Positions 54,646-64,000 of a stretch of DNA of 64,000 nucleotides are shown here, in pieces. The stretch is from Eledone cirrhosa (Eukaryota). The translations under genes and the position numbers were made by a program. Under the pieces are notes generated by a model. It was given only the letters and a program-made list of their open reading frames with translations. It was not told the origin of the DNA and did no database searches. The first letter of the stretch is position 1; each line of letters starts with the position of its first letter. The DNA lies in contig OZ024742.1 of the NCBI GenBank assembly GCA_964016885.1, positions 102,114,001 through 102,178,000 on the forward strand, written 5' to 3'.

Positions 54646-55233
54646 ATAAAGAGGCTTATGAGGGATCTGATGGAAATCTGGTTATTATTTCTAGCAATTT
54701 GGGTGACCACATAGAGGTTCTCTCTGCGTGCCTCCTGATGTACTTTTAACAATTGACCTCCTACAACTACATCACTTTCCAGGATTGTGTATCTGTATTT
54801 GTTTGTGTGTGTGTGTATGTGTATGCGTGTGTATGTGTATGTATATGTATATATGTGTGTGTGTGTGTGCGTATGTGTGTGATTGACGGCGTATGTTCGT
54901 AGTGAAGGTGGTGGTGGGGTGAGGTGATGCCTGATGATTATAGTGATAGGTGCTTATGGTCATTATAATAATGATGTTGCTGATTAGCCCCAGGTCTACC
55001 TTGATCAAGCACACATATCATCATAGGCATTCCAATTGTGACTATCCCATTTTTTTTCTATATGCAAGTAACCAACGACTTCAATATTCAACGTATTCTG
55101 GGAGATTTAACTGCAGTTTTTAGCAGGTTGAGCAACTTCCTTCGTTTCAGAGGTGATGTATTGATTTTGTGGTGTGAGGGTGACATGTGTAGAGGGTATG
55201 TTACTATTGATGTTGCCAGTGAAACTCTTGATG

Positions 55234-55293
<60 letters not shown>

Positions 55294-55309
55294 ACATATA
55301 TATACGCAT

Positions 55310-55387
<78 letters not shown>

Positions 55388-55514
55388 GAGAGAGAGGTGG
55401 AGGGGGTAGAAGTAGATAGATAACTAAGACCGTATATCCCTTAACTAGAACGTAAACAAATCAACAAATCTGAAACAAAGCGATGCTATACACAAATCAT
55501 AATCCTACAGTCAA

Positions 55515-55780
55515 CCACATCATACCACACCATACCACACCATACCACACCATGCCATACCACACCATAACCATACCACACCATACCATACCACATCAAA
55601 CTATACCATACCACACCATACCATACCACACCATACCATACCACACCAAACTATACCATACCACACCACATCATACCACACCATACCACACCATACCACA
55701 CCATACCACACCATACCATACCACACCAAACTATACCATACCACACCATACCATACCACACCAAACCATACCATACCACG
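55515..55780. repeat. (CCATA/CCACA)n pentamer array
   Basis: Direct reading. Confidence 0.92.
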
Positions 55781-55903
55781 TTGCATTCCCTGGATATATA
55801 TATATATATATAGTAATAATAATAAATGTGAAGACTAAAATCCAAAGAGGGCTCGATAAGGATAAATATATATCAAATATATAAGAACCATAGAGCAAAC
55901 ATT

Positions 55904-56077
55904 TATTAAAATAACAGATTAAAGTTTAAGCAAAGAATCGCTGCTGTCACCCTTAACGGAATCTTCTGAAACTAAAAAAAAATCAATTTGTGAACGCGAA
56001 ACTAAATATTTTGAAAATTTCAGCAGATCCCGTTAAGGGTGGAAGCAACGATTCTTTGCTTAAACTTTAATCTGTTA

Positions 56078-56085
<8 letters not shown>
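55904..56085. repeat. Inverted repeat (~65-bp arms) next to (TA)n; related sequence at 30498-30592
   Basis: GTTTAAGCAAAGAATCGCTGCT... and its reverse complement. Confidence 0.75.
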
Positions 56086-56111
<26 letters not shown>

Positions 56112-56947
56112 CTATAAAGTATGTCTATAGAATCATTTGATAATATATATACACCATTTCCTCTCCCAATTAGCATAATCAACCACATAAAAATCAATTA
56201 GACCAGGCTATAAGATTAAAAGGCACCTATGAAGAAATATTAAATAAATAAACGACAGCAATCTCTTCGCGGCCGACCGCCATAGAATATTTACCCAACA
56301 CTTCAACAGCACGTGGAAATCGACTAAATATACAGTCAACCATACACAATTAGGTATAAAATTAAAGTTAGAAGAAATGCGTACACTCTTATCAGGATTA
56401 TGTCTCTACCCTCGGGTTTCGTTCGCATTTTGAGATATCCTATTAAGGGTAAAATCTCGAGCTTCGAACTCGTCAGGAAACAAACTCATAGGACAAGTAA
56501 TTTTCTAAAGCGATCCCCGCCAGAAACAGATTCAAAATGGCTAAGAATCGTGACGTGGCAGTGGTCAAGTCAGAAAGAATGTGATTGGTTGTTTACGGCG
56601 AGTGGGCTGGTTGCTAGAAAGCGCAGCCCAATATTGCCCAAATTGCATCTCAACCTAATGGGAGATTATTAAATATAAAGATTTACATATACACAAACTA
56701 AACAAAGTCACAGATATATATGTTTTGGCATATATATCCAGGTAATGTAACGTGAAGTTACTGTAGGTCCTCCCAGTTGAACACTCGATGTTTAGGTTCA
56801 CGTCAGTGTCGAGGTGTAGAGCTAGACAGAGTGTAATATAATAATTGTTTCTACTTTTGGCACAAAGTCAGCAATTATCCCAGTGCATTACTGGTACTTT
56901 ATTTTATCGACCCCGTAAGAGTGTAATAAAATAATATAATAATATAA

Positions 56948-57163
56948 TAATACAAGGACGATTTGTCAAGCCTTCATTGCGTTTATTGATTGGTGATGCG
57001 CGTTTCGCTATTGATCAGCTCAAGGTTCGATCTGTATCGATCTGGCCCGACTCTGGAATCAAAAGCTCGTCGGACCTCGTCGAACCTTGAGCTGATCAAT
57101 AGCGAAACGCGCGTCACCAATCAATAAACGTAATGAAGGCTTAACAAATCGTCCTTGTATTAT
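56948..57163. mobile_element. Fold-back HHR-like element (family copies ~3105-3240 and ~10410-10520, plus strand)
   Basis: Inverted arms ~85 bp. The family reads GT-C(T/C)GATGA-GCTTTTGATT...GATCAATAGC-GAAA-CGCGCG-TC-AC...AATAAA. Confidence 0.7.
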
Positions 57164-57164
57164 A

Positions 57165-57198
<34 letters not shown>

Positions 57199-57393
57199 AC
57201 GTATGTATGAGTGTGTGTGTGGGGGGGGGGCGTGCGTGTGTGTGTGTGTCTGTTTGCGTGTGTGTGTGCGTGTGAGTACACATACATATATATATATATG
57301 CACGAGACAACACTCAGTTAGTGATAATGGTTCGGAATATATGAATTTATTATAAGTCACTATAAATAAGGTATATTCCTTACAGTTGTTTCG

Positions 57394-57469
<76 letters not shown>

Positions 57470-57471
<2 letters not shown>

Positions 57472-58745
57472 TATAGAGTAATGCATGTCCAGAGAATTAT
57501 TTGATAATATATATAAATCATCTCTACTCCCAATAAGCATAATTAACCACACAAAAAGCAGTAAATAAATACGTCACAGCAGCGTCTTCGCGTCCAACCG
57601 CTATAGAATATTTACCCAACATTTCAACAGCACGTGGAATTTAATTAAATATACGGTCAACCATACATAATTAGGTAAAATTAAAGTTAGAAATGCTTAT
57701 ATACATACCAAGATTAAATCACTAAATCCCGACCCATGGGTTTCGCTCACTTTTGAGATACCTTATTAAGGATGAATCTCGAGTTTAGAGCTTGTCAGGG
57801 GACAAACTCGCTAGGACAGATTATTTTCCGAAGTGGCACCCGCCAAACACGAATTCAAAATGGTTGAGAACTGTGACGTGGCAGTGGTCAAGTCAGGAAG
57901 GGTGTGATTGGTTGCTTACGGCGAGTGGGTTGGTTGCTAGAAAGCGCAGCCCAATATCGCCCAAATTGTATCTCAACCTTATGGGAGATTATTAAATATA
58001 AATATTTACACAAACACCAATTAAACAAAGTCACAGGTATATATGTGTTTTGGCAACTTTTCACGATGGATGTGGCTCAACGAAGAATTAATAAATTAAA
58101 CAATAGAGTAAAGAATGTCGAGAGAATTATTTGATAATATATATACATCATCTCTACTCCCAATCAGCATAATTAACCACACAAAAATTCAATTAGACCA
58201 GGCTATAAGAATAAAAGGCACCTATGAAGAAACAGTAAATAAATACACCACAGCGGCGTCTTCGCGTCCAACCGCTATAGAATATTTACCCAACATTTCA
58301 ACAGCACGTGGAAATTAATTAAATATGCGGTCAACCATGGGTTTCGCTCACTTTTGAGATACCTTATTAAGGATGAATCTCGAGTTTAGAGCTTGTCAGG
58401 GTACAAACTCGCTAGGACAGATTATTTTCCGAAGTGGCCCCCGCCAAACACGAATTCAAAATGGTTGAGAACTGTGATTTATTTATTTACTGTTTCTTCA
58501 TAGGTGCCTTTTAATCTTATAGCCTGGTCTAATTGATTTTTTTGTGTGGTTAATTATGCTGATTGGGAGTAGAGATGATGTATATATATTATCAAATAAT
58601 TCTCTGGACATGCTTTACTCTATAGTATTTTGCTCTGATTGTTTAATTTATTAATTCTTCATTGAGCCACATCGTGAATAGTTGCCAAAACACATATATA
58701 CCTGTGACTTTGTTTAATTGGTGTATGTGTAAATATTTATATATA
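57470..58745. mobile_element. Tandem + inverted non-coding element, ~630-680-bp monomer (copies at ~26455-27185 and ~56113-56735)
   Basis: 57492 repeats at 58122; 58480-58745 is the reverse complement of ~57995-58245; degenerate HHR-like fold at 57726-57773 (minus); all copies abut (TA)n. Confidence 0.75.
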
Positions 58746-59048
58746 TATATATATATATAAATATATATGTTGACTTTTTAGATTAGTATGTAATTCTTAA
58801 AGCTGGTTAATATATATATAAAACTATATATATGAGTGTGGATATTATTCTGGGGAAATGGTAAGGACTTTTGAACCAAGAGGGCGACATTTTCAATGAT
58901 GTTGATACCATTAGTTACTGCACTGGGTGACACCAATTTTGGGATGGCCTCTCTCTCTATATATATTGTATATATATGTGTCTGTATAAACATACATATA
59001 CACACATATAGGTATGTATATATGTATAAGTGTGTATATATATATATA

Positions 59049-59659
59049 TGTCAGGTCACCAGTTGGTGCTACTGGTAACATGTATCCCAGTACAACCTGT
59101 CTCATGGTCGGGTCGTTGGCGACTAAACTGGCAACCCCACCAAGGTTTCTTGGTGAGGAGGGTGACTTTGGACATCCTGCAGGACTAAAAACAAAACCTG
59201 TCAAAGGGCAAAGGAGCTCTTAAGAGTCAATGGCCATCCAAAATCACCGGGAGAGATGACCCCTTAGCCTTTGTCAAGGCAGAATTCTAGGAGAAGGAAA
59301 ACTCTGATATAACACCTGCAACTCTGATGGTATCCAATGATGTTGACTTGTTCTTCTTTTTGGTAAATATCCTCTTGGTTAAGAGAGTGGGACTGGCTTT
59401 GTGCAGTGCCTTTGCTCACTATAAAAGCTTCACGGCACAGGCATTGCTTTATATCTGGAGATCTCTCTGCACTTGTCGTCACATGGTACCATGGGCCCAG
59501 CACTAAGTGTCAATAATTGCCACAAGTGTAGTGTTTGTACCAGAGTTTTCAAGTCACTGGCTGGACTAAAAAGTCACACCCGTTCGGCGCATCGGTAGGG
59601 GTTCTCCTATATGGATATAAAGTAGTAGCCGTACTCGAAAACGAGTTGGCAGCCACCAT
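59049..59659 (+). mobile_element. Same family, full length
   Basis: Same TGTCAGGTCACC start and GGCAGCCACCAT end; embedded in (TA)n. Confidence 0.78.
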
Positions 59660-59708
59660 ATATATATATATATATATACTTATATACATGTGTGTGTGTG
59701 TGTGTGTG

Positions 59709-59809
<101 letters not shown>

Positions 59810-60577
59810 GATAACACATACAAAGACATATACGTCATACGTATTGTCATGTGAAGTAAACACTCGCCAAGCGGCAAATCGTGATCTGATAAACTTGAAC
59901 TTATTCACAATTGAGGAAGAAGCCACTTTTATATCACTAAGTGACATACGAGAGAATGGTGTTTCTCCAGCAACCGTAGACTAAAGCCTTCCCAAACGTT
60001 TTATATCGCAACCTACTGAAAAAAAATAATCGTTTGGTAAAACAAATGCCTTATACCATTATTTTAATATGACAGCATTTTTCGGTATGGTTGTATTTTT
60101 TGTAGGAAAAGTTTCACTGACCCAGCGAAGAACAGTTCAAAAGCTAGAATATAAAATATACTTTTTAAAAGTTCTCAGATTCACTCGCTTTTATCGATAC
60201 TTCATGACGTATAGGATATCCCTCTTAGAAACGCTGATGTCATACGACGAAAGACATTTTATGGAGGCGGCGATTTGACAGAGTTGTTACATCATCGATT
60301 AAAGTGCTTTGCGGTATACGTTCCGTCTCTCTGTACTCAGAGTTCTAAACTCATCAAAAGATACATATTCCAAGTTAATGACGATCTAACTAGATGTAAT
60401 ATTAGAGTTAGTGAAGCTACTGACTTTGTCAGGGATAGAAGAAGAATCTGGTATAAACCATTAAAAAAATACCGTGTTTAAAAAGGAAAACATTGATCAG
60501 GCAATGTATGTCGAGAAAATGATGGGTCAGATTGATTTTGATCACAGTACTGCTGAACAAAGATTGGCCTGGGGTAA

Positions 60578-60968
60578 AATAATAATTGTTTCTACTTTTG
60601 GCACAAGGCCAGCAATTACCCCAGTGCATTACTGGTACTTTATTTTATCGACCCCGTAAGGGAAAGTTAACCTCGGCGGGATTTGAACTCAGAACGCAAA
60701 GGGCCATAACTCTGTGCTGCAAAAAATGGTCTCTGACGCTCTACCGATACTGCTAATCCACCGCCTTGGAGTAAAATAATAATAACCTGTTGAGGTTGAG
60801 AGAGAGAGAGAGAGAGAGTCGACCTAGTACTGGATTTCCATCTTATGTTTATCGATCTTGAATGGATGAAAGGCTATGTTGATCTCGATGGGTTTTGAAC
60901 AGAGATCTGGAATAACACCGCAAAGTATTTTATCCGACGTTCTAACGACTCTGCCAATTCGCCGCCTT
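60578..60968 (-). mobile_element. Two SINEs (others at ~61880-62068, ~62650-62840)
   Basis: Reverse-complement copies. Confidence 0.8.
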
Positions 60969-61415
60969 TCTGAGCAAAGTTAACGGAAGCCGCTACGTAG
61001 CCACTTGACTTGCTAGAAACAGCAGTCAAATCGTCCTCTAAACCAACCTTAATCATTTTGAAAAAAAAAAAATAGGACACATAGGACAATGTAATCTGAA
61101 GAACACTATGCCTGGAATTATAAATAGGATTGTCATGGCTGGAATGCCTTTGATTATATGTCTGCTCAATCAGAGCCAACTTTGAGCTAAACAACAAAAT
61201 ACATATATAAGCCGACTAGACAATAGCGAAAATTGAACATACCCAGACTGCAGTACTGCACACATAATTAACTCATGCAACACATAATTAAATACTGCAA
61301 CACCCAATTAACAACTGCATAATGGAATGTGAAATCTGGTCCTCAATAAGACGGGGTATGATATATTCAGAACTATGGAACTATGGTTCGAATTAAGTCG
61401 TTCGGTTGGCGTTAT

Positions 61416-61653
61416 CAGGGGCGATGAAAGCATTTCTGAATTGGGGGGTAGAGGTGGAAATTTGGTCATTTAGTTGTAGTGATTAATTTAGCTGTTATTA
61501 TCAAATATCAACCAAGATATAAAAAACTTCGATATATGATAAATATATGTACATAAATTGTAGCGCATGTACAAATAGATGTGTGTTTTGGTAGATTGGG
61601 GAGAAACATATAATTATTGGGGGGTGGGGGCATGTCCAGTTCCACCGCCCTTG
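61416..61653. mobile_element. Possible old MITE
   Basis: CAGGGGCG...CGCCCTTG termini; no clear TSD. Confidence 0.35.
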
Positions 61654-62442
61654 TATATACGAGGGCAAGCTAAAAAGTTCATAGGCTGACTATAAAGGAG
61701 ATATGCTAGAGCTGAGAAATGTTGCATGCATTAATTTCAACTCTTCTTATTAATAACTACATTGTTTCTTTCCAGTGACTTACAGCGTTTCTTGGGCATT
61801 TTTTAAAAGCTGGCAGAGCCCATTTCCTCTCCAGGCCTCAGTTCAGCAGATTTCTTTCAAAGAAGGATAAAAGTGAGAGAAAGGAAGTAAGAAAGAGATA
61901 TAGAGGAAGAATCGACCCCAGTGCTTGACTGGTACTTTTTTTTATCGACCTTGAATAGATAAAAAGCAAAGTTGACTTTGGCAGGATTTGAACCCAGAGA
62001 GTAGATGGCCGAAATGAATACCGCAAATCTTTCTATCGACGTTCTAACGATTCTGCCAATTGGCCGCCCTCCTCGCACTGCTACCTTACACTCCATACTA
62101 TAAACAGCTGCACGATACACTGCACAGTGTTGTCTCCTTCAACTAAGGTGAGGTATATCAATTACTTGTTTCACTGACGTCATAGGCGCTATACAACACA
62201 ACACAACACAACACAACACAATTTCATTTAAGCTTTATATAAATATTTGAAGTTTAAAAATGTGCGAGTCCCAAAGTCAGAAAATAACTGTAATACCAAT
62301 CGATCACTTAAATAATAGTTGAGAACATTAAGTAAATTACGATTAAAGACGAAAGAAATGGAGAGTAGTTCCAAGATGTAATTTACTTAATTTCCTTGCA
62401 GTTTACTTGCAATTAATAAACAAAATCTTCCTTATCTATGTA

Positions 62443-62631
62443 CAAGGGTCGACTGAAAAGTTCATAGGCCGACCATGATACTCTCATGGAATGACCAAAT
62501 GAGGTTTATTTTTCAATATAGTCCATGGAAAGAAACAATGCAGTTATTAATAAGAAGAGTTGAAATTAATGTATAAAAGATTTCACATCACTCCTTCATA
62601 GTCATTCTATAAACTTTTCAGCCGACACTCA
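62443..62631. mobile_element. mariner-type MITE (other copies ~41815-41997 and partial ~61660-61775)
   Basis: TA|CAAGGGTCGACTGAAAAGTTCATAG...CTATAAACTTTTCAGCCGACACTCA|TA. Confidence 0.78.
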
Positions 62632-63389
62632 TATATACCAAGTACAATGATTTCTAATTTAGACACAAGATCAGCAAATCGGGGGAGGGGAAAGTTGTTT
62701 AAATTGAAGCCAGTACTTTATTTTATCAAGTCTGGAAGAATGAAAGGCAAAGTTGATCAAAACGGGATTTGAACTCAGAATGCAGAAAGTCTTAATTATA
62801 ATTTTGCTCGACGCTCTACCGATACAGTCAATACCCCGCCCTGATTATACCAAGTTTAATAATCCTACACTAACCCGGTTGCGTGCGGCCGCACTCGCGT
62901 CTGCGCACGCACTCGCTCACAAAATTTAATAAGATTGTATGTGGCGAGGAAAAGTGAGATTTAATGTTTCACGTTGGATTCCTTTGTTTGTTAAAAGAAA
63001 AAAAAGAGGAAGTTGATACAGCTGAAACACTATCAAAATAATCAAACAGTAATAAGAAGCGGAGAAATGAGATGGAAGGGTCTTGATAAGGTACTGGTTT
63101 ACCTGCTCAAAGGACACAACAATAAGGTCAACCGACTGATTGGCAAACCTTTTTTATGGCTTTGTCCCTTTTGATACCAATCCGGCTAAAACCAGCTCTG
63201 GTTCTATTAAAGAAAACCACCGATTTCAAAGGCTTCTTATTTAGATTATAATTTTCCAACATAATGTTTTACCCCAAAAGATAAAAAGGAAAGATTGGAA
63301 CTCAGTTCGTATAAAGAAATACAATATAGTACAACCTATCTTGTCTGATGTTCTATAGATCCTGAAACCTGTCATAAAGGTAAAGAAGA

Positions 63390-63670
63390 AAGACCTCCTT
63401 CAGTCACGAATGACCATGAGATTTGCACCAAGAAAGTTCCCCTCCGTGTCACAAGTCCGGGCAAGGTTGTTTGTGGAAGACCAGCAGTCGCCCATGCATA
63501 CTAGTCTCCCCTCTTCACGCCACCGATTTTGTCCAAGGGCCGATACAACTTGGCATCAGTGACATCGCAAATCCTTTTTACAACTAAGTAAACTGGAGCA
63601 ACATGAAATAAAGTGTATTGCTTAAGGACACAACGCATCGTCGGGATCGAGAATCAAACTCATAACCTGC
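63390..63670 (-). mobile_element. Third SINE-like family, decayed
   Basis: Minus strand GTTGTGTCCTTAAGCAATACACTTTATTTCATGTTGCTCCAG after a box B-like segment. Confidence 0.5.
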
Positions 63671-64000
63671 CATATATGATTTTAACCTGATACCAACCTG
63701 ACAAAAGTCGGCTCTGGTTCCAAACCAGCATACTTTTATATAAAACAACATAATTAAATTAGCTATTGTTATCTTGGCACCTTTAATTTTCTAATGCATT
63801 GTATGGCTTTTAAAATTATTCAAAATTATATTTCCTATTCAACAATGCTTCAAGCAAACTATAACACTCCGTTATAATTTAAGTTATTATTTTTATAATG
63901 AAATAGTTAATATTTCTAGTAAATACCACAAAATACTTCAATAATTAATTGAAATAGAGAGTATTTCATTAGAAATACGATCACGAAGAAGTTAAGGCGG

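Noticed and set aside
60230-60262. CTGAT-GTC atac GAC-GAAA hammerhead-like string
   Set aside because: Lacks the GA of the core and has no convincing stem I or III.
63343-63386. CTGATGT...GAAACCTGTC motif, or a 21-nt AG...GT micro-exon
   Set aside because: Weak pairing and a core mismatch; splice dinucleotides alone are not evidence.

Overview
Repeat-saturated eukaryotic intergenic/intronic DNA, most likely from an octopus (inferred from the very dense (TA)n/(CA)n/(TATG)n tracts and an abundant tRNA-derived SINE with a Meta-like central domain). I can support no host protein-coding gene; nearly all ORFs in the track are microsatellite or minisatellite read-throughs. Recognisable content: a 5'-truncated, frameshifted Neptune-type Penelope-like element (PLE; RT + Cys linker + GIY-YIG, ~31.0-34.6 kb), a second PLE endonuclease fragment inside 355-bp inverted repeats (43.3-44.4 kb), three CRE-clade endonuclease fragments, RTE and Tx1-like LINE 3' ends, a young 610-bp bipartite RTE-derived element (4 copies), nested non-autonomous Helitrons, MITEs, more than 25 SINE copies or fragments, and large minisatellites. 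The main hidden signal is about 20 type I hammerhead-ribozyme (HHR) motifs (CUGAnGA...GAAA...UH) from roughly a dozen sequence families. They lie in short non-coding elements abutting (TA)n/(CA)n tracts, which often have a fold-back and/or 1.3-1.5-monomer tandem structure. This looks like a diversified population of PLE termini and retrozyme-like non-autonomous elements. All coordinates and pairings were read by eye; no activity or database match has been tested.
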